Shown here: positions 49,545 to 61,100 of the stretch, one piece after another
How positions within the stretch are numbered: the stretch's first letter is position 1
How the letters are laid out: the number at the start of each line of letters is the position of its first letter
Origin: Eledone cirrhosa
Lineage: Eukaryota
NCBI GenBank assembly: GCA_964016885.1
Contig: OZ024744.1
Span: 122,822,001-122,886,000, forward strand
Length of the DNA: 64,000 bases
Direction: 5' to 3'
The notes under the pieces: generated by a model
What the model saw: only the letters and a program-made list of their open reading frames with translations
What the model was told of the DNA's origin: nothing
Databases searched by the model: none
Program-made: the position numbers and the translations under genes

Positions 49545-51636
49545 GTACTTTTGGTAGAGGAGGGATGGTTTTTACATCCCTTTTCACTTGATCGTCTGGT
49601 GAAGGGACCGTTGAATCGTCCCTTCGGCTGGTCGTCGGCTCTTCTAAGAGAATGTCTGAGTATACTCTTCGATTGATGGTTCCTCCTAGGTCCCTGAAAT
49701 CACCAACTGCGTTGGGGAATTTCGTTTTAATATTTGTGTATTGTTTCTGTGCTATTTTTAGCAGTCTTATGTTAGTTGGCGTTTTGATTGGTGCTGGTAT
49801 TATGTAGTCCTGTTGTGAAATGTCTGTGTGTTCAATTATGTAAGTCATTAGTTTCTTGTTGTGTGTATTTATTGCCGTGCATTTGTTTTTCTGGGGGTGG
49901 GGTGTGGTTCTACTATTTTCTTGTCGTTGTTGCTGGGTGTGTGTGTTTTGTTGTTGTGTTTGCGATGTTGGTGCTTGTGGTGGTGGTGTTGAAGGTGTTG
50001 TTGGCGGTGGGGTTGTCGCCGGTGGTGATGGTGGCGCTAGTGTGGGTGGTGATGGTGTTGGTGTTGTTGCTGCTGTGGGTCTCTTTGCAGTAGACTTTAC
50101 CCTTTTCTCATTTCTTTCCTCCCTTTTCAAAGGCGACGATGCGCTGCTTCTGCGTTTGTGCCTTCTTACGACCTTTTGCCATCTCTCTCCCACCTCACAC
50201 TCCATGTCTGATTCTGTGAGGTCGGGGAGGGGTACCAACTCCACTCTTTCACTTGTTGTTGTTGGTGATGTTTGCACTGGAGTCTCTGTTGCAGCTGCAT
50301 TTGGTATTGCTGTTGTTGTTGTTAGTATTTCCACTGCTGCTGCTGTTTTTGATTTCCGTGGAGTGGGTATGGGTGCCACGGGCCTATCGTTCCTGGTTGC
50401 CGCTTGTCCTGTTGCTGGTAGCCGTGGAGCCGGATTCGGAAGGAGGGGGGTTTTCTCCTTTCTCAGGGTCTTCTCGTTGCAGAAGGCCCTGAGGTGAGTC
50501 TTCGATCCACAGCGAAAGCATTTCGGGCGTTTGCCCTCAACACTTATGGGCAGTTGAGTGCCGTTATCGAAGTCTATCACATCCGGGATAGCTTCGATGC
50601 ACTCCTGGTTGGTTTGGATTAGCATCTCAATGGAGGAGCCGACCCAATCTTCTCTTACTTTTTTCTGTACTTGCAGTACAGTTGTTTTGTCCTCGATTCC
50701 GACGAGGACAGACGCGGCCAGCCAAGAAGGGGTCATTCCGGGGGGGACGTGGGTCAGTTTGACCCTCACAATTTTTTGCCCACAGTAGGAGGGCACCAAC
50801 ACCATTTCCTCGCTCCTTAGGGTCACTACTGATTGGGCCTTTGCCTCCTGGGGTGTGGCAAAAAGTACGTCTACGGTGGCATATTTTTTGCCTCGGGTGA
50901 TGTGCGTTTTCCGCTGCCACACAGACCCCAAGGCCTTTTGTATTTGGGCCTCTGTGGCTCTTTCCACCCTACGGGATTTTGTACTTACTGTACGGTACGT
51001 GACCGTACAGTGCTCTTGGGTTTCGAAAAAATTTTTCGCTGCCTTGCAGATTGCTCGGTGTCCGTTCTTTGTCACCATCTTCTTCGCTTCCTCTAATTCC
51101 TCATTTGTTATGAGGATTGTTTCCAAGTTTTTCGCAATACCTGCAAATGAGATTGGTTTTTCTCTGCTGTTGTTGTTGTCGTCAGAGCTGCTGGTACTTT
51201 TGTTGTTGCTGCAGGTACTACGACTACTGCCTCCGCCGCTGTTGCTGTGGTTGTTGTTGGTGTTGCTGCTGCTAATGCTGTTGTTGTTTATGCTGCTGGT
51301 GATGCTGTTGCGGCTGCTACTGTTGTTTTCATTGTCACTGTTGCTGTTGTTATTACGGCTGCTACTGCTATTATTCCTGACGTCAGACGAATGAACTGGG
51401 TTTTCGTATTTCCCGCACACCTGTTTCGTCGCTGTCGTCGTCGTCGTGGAGAAACCTTGCACGCTTTGCACGAGACTTTTCTTTTCTTTCGTCGCTTGTG
51501 AAAGAGAAGGGAGGGAGAGAGACACATTTAAAGAAGGGAGGGAGAGAGACAATCTTCTCTCTGCTGTAGTGATGATTGAGGAAGAAGAAGACGGAATGAG
51601 TGGGAGTGACGTATGAAATTTCTTTTTCGTAGCCAT
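49540..51636 (-). CDS. ORF1p, 698 aa, nucleic-acid-binding protein (N/S-rich N-terminus, RRM-like region, CCHC knuckle, P/T-rich linker)
   Basis: ATG in AACATGG context at 51636 (the track start is an upstream TTG). Knuckle CFRCGSKTHLRAFC. Confidence 0.93.
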   Translation of the reverse strand: MATKKKFHTSLPLIPSSSSSIITTAERRLSLSLPSLNVSLSLPSLSQATKEKKSLVQSVQGFSTTTTTATKQVCGKYENPVHSSDVRNNSSSSRNNNSNSDNENNSSSRNSITSSINNNSISSSNTNNNHSNSGGGSSRSTCSNNKSTSSSDDNNNSREKPISFAGIAKNLETILITNEELEEAKKMVTKNGHRAICKAAKNFFETQEHCTVTYRTVSTKSRRVERATEAQIQKALGSVWQRKTHITRGKKYATVDVLFATPQEAKAQSVVTLRSEEMVLVPSYCGQKIVRVKLTHVPPGMTPSWLAASVLVGIEDKTTVLQVQKKVREDWVGSSIEMLIQTNQECIEAIPDVIDFDNGTQLPISVEGKRPKCFRCGSKTHLRAFCNEKTLRKEKTPLLPNPAPRLPATGQAATRNDRPVAPIPTPRKSKTAAAVEILTTTTAIPNAAATETPVQTSPTTTSERVELVPLPDLTESDMECEVGERWQKVVRRHKRRSSASSPLKREERNEKRVKSTAKRPTAATTPTPSPPTLAPPSPPATTPPPTTPSTPPPQAPTSQTQQQNTHTQQQRQENSRTTPHPQKNKCTAINTHNKKLMTYIIEHTDISQQDYIIPAPIKTPTNIRLLKIAQKQYTNIKTKFPNAVGDFRDLGGTINRRVYSDILLEEPTTSRRDDSTVPSPDDQVKRDVKTIPPLPKVR

Positions 51637-51686
51637 GTTGTTTTTTTGTTTAAAATGAAATTTTGGGTACAAAACCCCAATAACTG

Positions 51687-51753
51687 GTTATTTAACCCCG
51701 AAGGGCCAAATAACGGACAGAAAGACCCCTCTCACGAGGAGGAGGGTGTCTTT
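51687..51753 (-). promoter_or_regulatory. 5' UTR tandem RNA hairpins, including a 12-bp stem capped by c(UUCG)g
   Basis: GUUAUUUGGCCC-UUCG-GGGUUAAAUAAC, with two G.U pairs possible only in the sense RNA. Preceded by the stem AAAGAC..CCCUC../..GAGGGGUCUUU. Confidence 0.6.
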
Positions 51754-52132
51754 ATCAACAATTTGGTTCAAGTTTTAAACAATTTACAATTGTTTTAACG
51801 GTTAAAAATTACTATACCTTACAGAGCCGAGCCTCCGTCAACCATGGCATTCAATAATAATAATAATAATGATTTCTTTATTAACCACAAGGGTTTACAT
51901 AAAGTAGACATTAAGGACAGTGCAGGACAATGCAGGACGGTACAAATGGGCATTTCTGCGTGTAAAAAAACAAAAACAGAGGATGTAACAAAAATAACAA
52001 TGAAAATAACAATGAAAAATTCCCCAATAGGGGGGAGACTTCGGAGGGACATTTGTGGAGAAAGCCCAGTAAAAAGCCACAATGACCCTGACCACCAAGG
52101 CAAGTGCCCTCTCCCAGTTTTCCACCTTTAGT

Positions 52133-55100
52133 TTACAGATATATACTCAGAGTCGGCCCATTCACTCGGGCCATTCTTGCTTCTCTCACCCATCTTTCAA
52201 CAAAATGCTGGAAAGAGAGCACTTCCTTCTCTACTCTGATTTTCCTTTTCAAATGAAATTTGAAAAAGTCAATCAGAGCATCACCGAAGAGGTAAGTGCT
52301 CGTCTTCAGCCCTTTCAAACGTGTCCACCATACTATCTCTTTCGCCATGGCCACCAGACAGATAAAAACTGCCTGCCCTTCCCGGCTAAAGGAGGAGGGC
52401 GGGGCAATCCTCACGATAGACTCAGATGATAGCTGGATCCGTCCTAAACGCGACAGCAGGTGTTCGACATAAACCCACAAGTCAGCAATTTTCGGACACT
52501 GGACGAGTGCGTGCAGGACGGTTTCGTCGCCCTGCGCGCATCTCGGACATGCCCGGCTGACGGCACCTCCATGCCTGTAGAGTTTATCCCGAACTGGCAA
52601 GGCTCCTCGGTAGCACTGCCAGGCCAGAGATTTCTGGAAGTTGTCCATAGGCCCCGGCCCGAAAGTTCTTCCGAAGAGATTGGCTAGTTGATTTTCGTCG
52701 ACGCCTAGAGTTTCCCCAAGTACGTCGTCGCTCTTCCCCTCCACTAATCCTCTATAGAACGCCGAGGTGGAGTTTCCACCGATCACATTGCCCGATTGGT
52801 CGAGGGCTGTGAGCGCCTGAAGACATTCCAGTCTCCAGGCGCTCCCTCTCGGTCTTCGCTTGACCCAGGACTGCAGCTCCGTCAAGGAAACGAGCTGGGG
52901 AAAAACGCGTCTAGCAAACGGCGACCACACCTGATCACCGTCGAGGAAGAGGTGGAGATGTCGTAGCCTGAGCGCGTGCCTGCGCATCATCAGCCACGGC
53001 ATGCCCAGCCCTCCACGTAGCGGGTGTTGACAACAGATGGACCGCCTGACCATCGGAGCACGTCCCTTCCACAAAAAGCGAAAGAGCAAACGCTCCAGCG
53101 CAGTCAGGCGAGGCTTAGGACAAGGTACGACGGTTAGGCGGTAGCAGATGACAGACGCGATGTACGCGTTAGCCACCTCCGCTCGACCTTTCAGGGATAG
53201 CTTCCTCTCCGCCCATTTCTGGGTGAGAGAAGCCACCCTGCTCGTCACCTCGTCCCAGTTTTTGTCCGTCTGGAGGTCCGGACCGAACCAGACCCCTAGC
53301 AATTTAACCGGTCCGTCCGTCCAGCGCCCGACGACGCTGTTGGACGGCATGGACCTGCCTCTCCAGGTGCCGAGCTGCAGGCCCACTGACTTTTCCTGGT
53401 TGATCATTGCTCCTGTCACCGCTTCGTATTCTCTTAGTGTAGTGCCGATCGCCTCGATGTGTTTGGCGTTCGACACCACTACGGTGACATCGTCCGCATA
53501 TGCTGACACGGATCTTCCGCATCCTAGTTCGCGCGGGACTCCCCTCAACGTCTCCAGTTTGTGCAGTAATGGCTCGAGAGTCAATACGTACAAGAGGGAC
53601 GAGAGGGGACATCCTTGGCGGACCGAGCGCATGATGTTGAACGGTTCCGACAGGTGACCGTTCACTCTCACTACAGAGCAGATGTCGCTGTGCATGGCAG
53701 CGATCCAGCCTCTGAAGACGGGCCCAAAGCCAGCCGCCCTCAGGACTGCCGCTAGGTAACGATGGTCGACCCTATCGAAAGCTTTCGACTGATCTAAATT
53801 GATCAAGGACCCACCCGTGCCAGGTTCCCTAGCTACCCTCTCTACGATGTATCGCATGAGGTGGAGGTTGTCGTGGATGGATCTGTCGGGAATGGCGCAT
53901 GTCTGCGCCTCTCCCACCAGACCACCAACGACAAGCGCCAACCTCTTTGCTAGCACCTTGGCCAAAATCTTAAACTCTGTGTTTAGCAGAGTTATGGGCC
54001 GGAAATTGTCTATGTTATCCCCCTTGTTCGGATCCTTTCTCAGCAGTGCCACCGCTCCTCGGCTCACAGAACTGGGAATTCTCCCGTTCTGTTGCCAGTT
54101 GCAGTAGACGTCCGCTAAGAGGCCTCCGAACAAGTCTGGCATCTGTACGTAAAGTTCATAGGGAAGACCATCCAAACCAGGCGATTTACCCCTTGTGCAG
54201 CCAGTCATTGCCTCCCTTACTTCAGCGGCTGTTATCGGCTTTTCGCAACACTTCGCCTCAGTGGCCGAGAGCCGCGGCAGTCCGTCGAGGTAGACACTAA
54301 AGTCCATCCCTCTACCCGGCCCCCCGCTGCCCCCGAACAGCTGAGCGAAGTGTCGCTGAAAAGCTTCACACATTTGCCCGGGATCGAGTAGCATGCGCCC
54401 GTCGTGGTCCACCAAAGACCGGATCGTGGCTTTGTTGCCACGACGCGCCTCCGCCACTCGGGCCCATTGAACGGCTTTCGTCCCCTCGTGTCTGAGAGCA
54501 CGCACCCTAGCTCTGACAACGCAGCCTTCGTGCTTTGCATTGAAGAATTGGTCAAGGGCCAATTTCGCCGCAAGCACGTCGGTCGCAATGCCTTTGCTAA
54601 GCGCCTCGTCTAATTTTCTAACTAGTTCTCCCTCTGCTCTATTTTTCTCTATTGCTAAAGCCTTACTAAACCTAATCGATTCTATTCTAATCGCTCTTTT
54701 CAGAGCAAACCACCACTTGTTGTTGACGATGGCCCCCGTCAACGCCCGCTTAACTAGTTCGCTAATCCGGTCTCTGTAGGCCTTGCGCGCTGGTAAGGAC
54801 GCGTTTAGCTTCCAGTAGCCGGGTCCTTGTCTATGAAGCCTATCTAAGTCAAGCACACAGGTCACGAATTTGTGGTCCGTGTAGCTGACTATCTTGAATT
54901 GTGGACAGCCTATGCTAGACCTATCTATTTCCCTACAAAATACTCTATCTAGATATGATCTGGATGACCCTATGCGGTTTGTCCAAGTCCACATTGGCAC
55001 ATTCGGGAAATCCAATCGGTACCTGTCAGACAGTTCAAAACGCCTGAGCAGGTTGGTGAGGCTCTTGCACCCTCCACCCCTATCCGCTAATCCCACACAG

Positions 55101-55552
55101 TCCCAGCGTGCATCTAAGATCCCGTTCCAGTCGCCCACTAACACTAAAGAGCGCGACGTTCCAAGAAAGGTCTCCAGACGCCGGAAGAAATCAGGCCGCC
55201 CTGCTCCTGTCGGGGCATAGACGGCCACTAGCCTGAAAGCTTGCCCGTCTCCGCTGGTCACGTCCAGCACCACCAGCTTACCCTCTGGGTCCAGGAAGAT
55301 GGCCCGTATGGCGAGATCCAAACCTCTCCGAAAAAGTACAGCAACTCCTCCACCGGATCCAGGACGGCTGGGAGATGCGTACACATCGTAGCCGCCGAAG
55401 ATCGGTGCGAAGGCCCGTGCTTCGGAGATTCTGGTCTCGCTGATGGCCACTACATCTATGTTTAGTGACCTGAGGTCGTTGAGCAGGTGACCCTGCTTCC
55501 ATGACGACCCCAAGCCACGCGCATTTATGCTGCCTATTCTGAGTGAGGTCAT
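52133..55552 (-). CDS. ORF2p, 1139 aa (unit 2)
   Basis: As unit 1 except KITD>KIAD and LSSQH>LSFQH. Confidence 0.97.
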   Translation of the reverse strand: MTSLRIGSINARGLGSSWKQGHLLNDLRSLNIDVVAISETRISEARAFAPIFGGYDVYASPSRPGSGGGVAVLFRRGLDLAIRAIFLDPEGKLVVLDVTSGDGQAFRLVAVYAPTGAGRPDFFRRLETFLGTSRSLVLVGDWNGILDARWDCVGLADRGGGCKSLTNLLRRFELSDRYRLDFPNVPMWTWTNRIGSSRSYLDRVFCREIDRSSIGCPQFKIVSYTDHKFVTCVLDLDRLHRQGPGYWKLNASLPARKAYRDRISELVKRALTGAIVNNKWWFALKRAIRIESIRFSKALAIEKNRAEGELVRKLDEALSKGIATDVLAAKLALDQFFNAKHEGCVVRARVRALRHEGTKAVQWARVAEARRGNKATIRSLVDHDGRMLLDPGQMCEAFQRHFAQLFGGSGGPGRGMDFSVYLDGLPRLSATEAKCCEKPITAAEVREAMTGCTRGKSPGLDGLPYELYVQMPDLFGGLLADVYCNWQQNGRIPSSVSRGAVALLRKDPNKGDNIDNFRPITLLNTEFKILAKVLAKRLALVVGGLVGEAQTCAIPDRSIHDNLHLMRYIVERVAREPGTGGSLINLDQSKAFDRVDHRYLAAVLRAAGFGPVFRGWIAAMHSDICSVVRVNGHLSEPFNIMRSVRQGCPLSSLLYVLTLEPLLHKLETLRGVPRELGCGRSVSAYADDVTVVVSNAKHIEAIGTTLREYEAVTGAMINQEKSVGLQLGTWRGRSMPSNSVVGRWTDGPVKLLGVWFGPDLQTDKNWDEVTSRVASLTQKWAERKLSLKGRAEVANAYIASVICYRLTVVPCPKPRLTALERLLFRFLWKGRAPMVRRSICCQHPLRGGLGMPWLMMRRHALRLRHLHLFLDGDQVWSPFARRVFPQLVSLTELQSWVKRRPRGSAWRLECLQALTALDQSGNVIGGNSTSAFYRGLVEGKSDDVLGETLGVDENQLANLFGRTFGPGPMDNFQKSLAWQCYRGALPVRDKLYRHGGAVSRACPRCAQGDETVLHALVQCPKIADLWVYVEHLLSRLGRIQLSSESIVRIAPPSSFSREGQAVFICLVAMAKEIVWWTRLKGLKTSTYLFGDALIDFFKFHLKRKIRVEKEVLSFQHFVERWVREARMARVNGPTLSIYL

Positions 55553-55587
55553 GTTTAAAATAGAGTGGAAAAGATGGGAAAGACCAC

Positions 55588-57684
55588 TTACCGTACTTTT
55601 GGTAGAGGAGGGATGGTTTTTACATCCCTTTTCACTTGATCGTCTGGTGAAGGGACCGTTGAATCGTCCCTTCGGCTGGTCGTCGGCTCTTCTAAGAGAA
55701 TGTCTGAGTATACTCTTCGATTGATGGTTCCTCCTAGGTCCCTGAAATCACCAACTGCGTTGGGGAATTTCGTTTTAATATTTGTGTATTGTTTCTGTGC
55801 TATTTTTAGCAGTCTTATGTTAGTTGGCGTTTTGATTGGTGCTGGTATTATGTAGTCCTGTTGTGAAATGTCTGTGTGTTCAATTATGTAAGTCATTAGT
55901 TTCTTGTTGTGTGTATTTATTGCCGTGCATTTGTTTTTCTGGGGGTGGGGTGTGGTTCTGCTATTTTCTTGTCGTTGTTGCTGGGTGTGTGTGTTTTGTT
56001 GTTGTGTTTGCGATGTTGGTGCTTGTGGTGGTGGTGTTGAAGGTGTTGTTGGCGGTGGGGTTGTCGCCGGTGGTGATGGTGGCGCTAGTGTGGGTGGTGA
56101 TGGTGTTGGTGTTGTTGCTGCTGTGGGTCTCTTTGCAGTAGACTTTACCCTTTTCTCATTTCTTTCCTCCCTTTTCAAAGGCGACGATGCGCTGCTTCTG
56201 CGTTTGTGCCTTCTTACGACCTTTTGCCATCTCTCTCCCACCTCACACTCCATGTCTGATTCTGTGAGGTCGGGGAGGGGTACCAACTCCACTCTTTCAC
56301 TTGTTGTTGTTGGTGATGTTTGCACTGGAGTCTCTGTTGCAGCTGCATTTGGTATTGCTGTTGTTGTTGTTAGTATTTCCACTGCTGCTGCTGTTTTTGA
56401 TTTCCGTGGAGTGGGTATGGGTGCCACGGGCCTATCGTTCCTGGTTGCCGCTTGTCCTGTTGCTGGTAGCCGTGGAGCCGGATTCGGAAGGAGGGGGGTT
56501 TTCTCCTTTCTCAGGGTCTTCTCGTTGCAGAAGGCCCTGAGGTGAGTCTTCGATCCACAGCGAAAGCATTTCGGGCGTTTGCCCTCAACACTTATGGGCA
56601 GTTGAGTGCCGTTATCGAAGTCTATCACATCCGGGATAGCTTCGATGCACTCCTGGTTGGTTTGGATTAGCATCTCAATGGAGGAGCCGACCCAATCTTC
56701 TCTTACTTTTTTCTGTACTTGCAGTACAGTTGTTTTGTCCTCGATTCCGACGAGGACAGACGCGGCCAGCCAAGAAGGGGTCATTCCGGGGGGGACGTGG
56801 GTCAGTTTGACCCTCACAATTTTTTGCCCACAGTAGGAGGGCACCAACACCATTTCCTCGCTCCTTAGGGTCACTACTGATTGGGCCTTTGCCTCCTGGG
56901 GTGTGGCAAAAAGTACGTCTACGGTGGCATATTTTTTGCCTCGGGTGATGTGCGTTTTCCGCTGCCACACAGACCCCAAGGCCTTTTGTATTTGGGCCTC
57001 TGTGGCTCTTTCCACCCTACGGGATTTTGTACTTACTGTACGGTACGTGACCGTACAGTGCTCTTGGGTTTCGAAAAAATTTTTCGCTGCCTTGCAGATT
57101 GCTCGGTGTCCGTTCTTTGTCACCATCTTCTTCGCTTCCTCTAATTCCTCATTTGTTATGAGGATTGTTTCCAAGTTTTTCGCAATACCTGCAAATGAGA
57201 TTGGTTTTTCTCTGCTGTTGTTGTTGTCGTCAGAGCTGCTGGTACTTTTGTTGTTGCTGCAGGTACTACGACTACTGCCTCCGCCGCTGTTGCTGTGGTT
57301 GTTGTTGGTGTTGCTGCTGCTAATGCTGTTGTTGTTTATGCTGCTGGTGATGCTGTTGCGGCTGCTACTGTTGTTTTCATTGTCACTGTTGCTGTTGTTA
57401 TTACGGCTGCTACTGCTATTATTCCTGACGTCAGACGAATGAACTGGGTTTTCGTATTTCCCGCACACCTGTTTCGTCGCTGTCGTCGTCGTCGTGGAGA
57501 AACCTTGCACGCTTTGCACGAGACTTTTCTTTTCTTTCGTCGCTTGTGAAAGAGAAGGGAGGGAGAGAGACACATTTAAAGAAGGGAGGGAGAGAGACAA
57601 TCTTCTCTCTGCTGTAGTGATGATTGAGGAAGAAGAAGACGGAATGAGTGGGAGTGACGTATGAAATTTCTTTTTCGTAGCCAT
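55588..57684 (-). CDS. ORF1p, 698 aa (unit 2)
   Basis: Translation matches unit 1. Confidence 0.93.
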   Translation of the reverse strand: MATKKKFHTSLPLIPSSSSSIITTAERRLSLSLPSLNVSLSLPSLSQATKEKKSLVQSVQGFSTTTTTATKQVCGKYENPVHSSDVRNNSSSSRNNNSNSDNENNSSSRNSITSSINNNSISSSNTNNNHSNSGGGSSRSTCSNNKSTSSSDDNNNSREKPISFAGIAKNLETILITNEELEEAKKMVTKNGHRAICKAAKNFFETQEHCTVTYRTVSTKSRRVERATEAQIQKALGSVWQRKTHITRGKKYATVDVLFATPQEAKAQSVVTLRSEEMVLVPSYCGQKIVRVKLTHVPPGMTPSWLAASVLVGIEDKTTVLQVQKKVREDWVGSSIEMLIQTNQECIEAIPDVIDFDNGTQLPISVEGKRPKCFRCGSKTHLRAFCNEKTLRKEKTPLLPNPAPRLPATGQAATRNDRPVAPIPTPRKSKTAAAVEILTTTTAIPNAAATETPVQTSPTTTSERVELVPLPDLTESDMECEVGERWQKVVRRHKRRSSASSPLKREERNEKRVKSTAKRPTAATTPTPSPPTLAPPSPPATTPPPTTPSTPPPQAPTSQTQQQNTHTQQQRQENSRTTPHPQKNKCTAINTHNKKLMTYIIEHTDISQQDYIIPAPIKTPTNIRLLKIAQKQYTNIKTKFPNAVGDFRDLGGTINRRVYSDILLEEPTTSRRDDSTVPSPDDQVKRDVKTIPPLPKVR

Positions 57685-58180
57685 GTTGTTTTTTTGTTTA
57701 AAATGAAATTTTGGGTACAAAACCCCAATAACTGGTTATTTAACCCCGAAGGGCCAAATAACGGACAGAAAGACCCCTCTCACGAGGAGGAGGGTGTCTT
57801 TATCAACAATTTGGTTCAAGTTTTAAACAATTTACAATTGTTTTAACGGTTAAAAATTACTATACCTTACAGAGCCGAGCCTCCGTCAACCATGGCATTC
57901 AATAATAATAATAATAATGATTTCTTTATTAACCACAAGGGTTTACATAAAGTAGACATTAAGGACAGTGCAGGACAATGCAGGACGGTACAAATGGGCA
58001 TTTCTGCGTGTAAAAAAACAAAAACAGAGGATGTAACAAAAATAACAATGAAAATAACAATGAAAAATTCCCCAATAGGGGGGAGACTTCGGAGGGACAT
58101 TTGTGGAGAAAGCCCAGTAAAAAGCCACAATGACCCTGACCACCAAGGCAAGTGCCCTCTCCCAGTTTTCCACCTTTAGT

Positions 58181-61100
58181 TTACAGATATATACTCAGAG
58201 TCGGCCCATTCACTCGGGCCATTCTTGCTTCTCTCACCCATCTTTCAACAAAATGCTGGAAAGAGAGCACTTCCTTCTCTACTCTGATTTTCCTTTTCAA
58301 ATGAAATTTGAAAAAGTCAATCAGAGCATCACCGAAGAGGTAAGTGCTCGTCTTCAGCCCTTTCAAACGTGTCCACCATACTATCTCTTTCGCCATGGCC
58401 ACCAGACAGATAAAAACTGCCTGCCCTTCCCGGCTAAAGGAGGAGGGCGGGGCAATCCTCACGATAGACTCAGATGATAGCTGGATCCGTCCTAAACGCG
58501 ACAGCAGGTGTTCGACATAAACCCACAAGTCAGCAATTTTCGGACACTGGACGAGTGCGTGCAGGACGGTTTCGTCGCCCTGCGCGCATCTCGGACATGC
58601 CCGGCTGACGGCACCTCCATGCCTGTAGAGTTTATCCCGAACTGGCAAGGCTCCTCGGTAGCACTGCCAGGCCAGAGATTTCTGGAAGTTGTCCATAGGC
58701 CCCGGCCCGAAAGTTCTTCCGAAGAGATTGGCTAGTTGATTTTCGTCGACGCCTAGAGTTTCCCCAAGTACGTCGTCGCTCTTCCCCTCCACTAATCCTC
58801 TATAGAACGCCGAGGTGGAGTTTCCACCGATCACATTGCCCGATTGGTCGAGGGCTGTGAGCGCCTGAAGACATTCCAGTCTCCAGGCGCTCCCTCTCGG
58901 TCTTCGCTTGACCCAGGACTGCAGCTCCGTCAAGGAAACGAGCTGGGGAAAAACGCGTCTAGCAAACGGCGACCACACCTGATCACCGTCGAGGAAGAGG
59001 TGGAGATGTCGTAGCCTGAGCGCGTGCCTGCGCATCATCAGCCACGGCATGCCCAGCCCTCCACGTAGCGGGTGTTGACAACAGATGGACCGCCTGACCA
59101 TCGGAGCACGTCCCTTCCACAAAAAGCGAAAGAGCAAACGCTCCAGCGCAGTCAGGCGAGGCTTAGGACAAGGTACGACGGTTAGGCGGTAGCAGATGAC
59201 AGACGCGATGTACGCGTTAGCCACCTCCGCTCGACCTTTCAGGGATAGCTTCCTCTCCGCCCATTTCTGGGTGAGAGAAGCCACCCTGCTCGTCACCTCG
59301 TCCCAGTTTTTGTCCGTCTGGAGGTCCGGACCGAACCAGACCCCTAGCAATTTAACCGGTCCGTCCGTCCAGCGCCCGACGACGCTGTTGGACGGCATGG
59401 ACCTGCCTCTCCAGGTGCCGAGCTGCAGGCCCACTGACTTTTCCTGGTTGATCATTGCTCCTGTCACCGCTTCGTATTCTCTTAGTGTAGTGCCGATCGC
59501 CTCGATGTGTTTGGCGTTCGACACCACTACGGTGACATCGTCCGCATATGCTGACACGGATCTTCCGCATCCTAGTTCGCGCGGGACTCCCCTCAACGTC
59601 TCCAGTTTGTGCAGTAATGGCTCGAGAGTCAATACGTACAAGAGGGACGAGAGGGGACATCCTTGGCGGACCGAGCGCATGATGTTGAACGGTTCCGACA
59701 GGTGACCGTTCACTCTCACTACAGAGCAGATGTCGCTGTGCATGGCAGCGATCCAGCCTCTGAAGACGGGCCCAAAGCCAGCCGCCCTCAGGACTGCCGC
59801 TAGGTAACGATGGTCGACCCTATCGAAAGCTTTCGACTGATCTAAATTGATCAAGGACCCACCCGTGCCAGGTTCCCTAGCTACCCTCTCTACGATGTAT
59901 CGCATGAGGTGGAGGTTGTCGTGGATGGATCTGTCGGGAATGGCGCATGTCTGCGCCTCTCCCACCAGACCACCAACGACAAGCGCCAACCTCTTTGCTA
60001 GCACCTTGGCCAAAATCTTAAACTCTGTGTTTAGCAGAGTTATGGGCCGGAAATTGTCTATGTTATCCCCCTTGTTCGGATCCTTTCTCAGCAGTGCCAC
60101 CGCTCCTCGGCTCACAGAACTGGGAATTCTCCCGTTCTGTTGCCAGTTGCAGTAGACGTCCGCTAAGAGGCCTCCGAACAAGTCTGGCATCTGTACGTAA
60201 AGTTCATAGGGAAGACCATCCAAACCAGGCGATTTACCCCTTGTGCAGCCAGTCATTGCCTCCCTTACTTCAGCGGCTGTTATCGGCTTTTCGCAACACT
60301 TCGCCTCAGTGGCCGAGAGCCGCGGCAGTCCGTCGAGGTAGACACTAAAGTCCATCCCTCTACCCGGCCCCCCGCTGCCCCCGAACAGCTGAGCGAAGTG
60401 TCGCTGAAAAGCTTCACACATTTGCCCGGGATCGAGTAGCATGCGCCCGTCGTGGTCCACCAAAGACCGGATCGTGGCTTTGTTGCCACGACGCGCCTCC
60501 GCCACTCGGGCCCATTGAACGGCTTTCGTCCCCTCGTGTCTGAGAGCACGCACCCTAGCTCTGACAACGCAGCCTTCGTGCTTTGCATTGAAGAATTGGT
60601 CAAGGGCCAATTTCGCCGCAAGCACGTCGGTCGCAATGCCTTTGCTAAGCGCCTCGTCTAATTTTCTAACTAGTTCTCCCTCTGCTCTATTTTTCTCTAT
60701 TGCTAAAGCCTTACTAAACCTAATCGATTCTATTCTAATCGCTCTTTTCAGAGCAAACCACCACTTGTTGTTGACGATGGCCCCCGTCAACGCCCGCTTA
60801 ACTAGTTCGCTAATCCGGTCTCTGTAGGCCTTGCGCGCTGGTAAGGACGCGTTTAGCTTCCAGTAGCCGGGTCCTTGTCTATGAAGCCTATCTAAGTCAA
60901 GCACACAGGTCACGAATTTGTGGTCCGTGTAGCTGACTATCTTGAATTGTGGACAGCCTATGCTAGACCTATCTATTTCCCTACAAAATACTCTATCTAG
61001 ATATGATCTGGATGACCCTATGCGGTTTGTCCAAGTCCACATTGGCACATTCGGGAAATCCAATCGGTACCTGTCAGACAGTTCAAAACGCCTGAGCAGG

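Larger units (their letters stand above)
45769..51852 (-). mobile_element. Intact Tx1/L1-clade LINE, tandem unit 1, tail (TTA)18
   Basis: Two intact ORFs, AATAAA, then GAAATC(ATT)n. Confidence 0.97.
51853..57900 (-). mobile_element. Intact LINE, tandem unit 2 (6048 bp), tail (TTA)6
   Basis: All ORF coordinates are shifted by exactly 6048 from unit 1. Confidence 0.97.

Noticed and set aside
46412-51501. Many antisense and alternate-frame ORFs of 60-210 aa over the LINE ORFs
   Set aside because: Shadow ORFs of GC-rich or low-complexity coding sequence. They recur only because the units are duplicated.
51640-51852. Hammerhead or HDV ribozyme at the 5' end of the tandem units
   Set aside because: No CUGANGA/GAAA core or HDV pseudoknot is recognisable by eye; only simple hairpins are supported.
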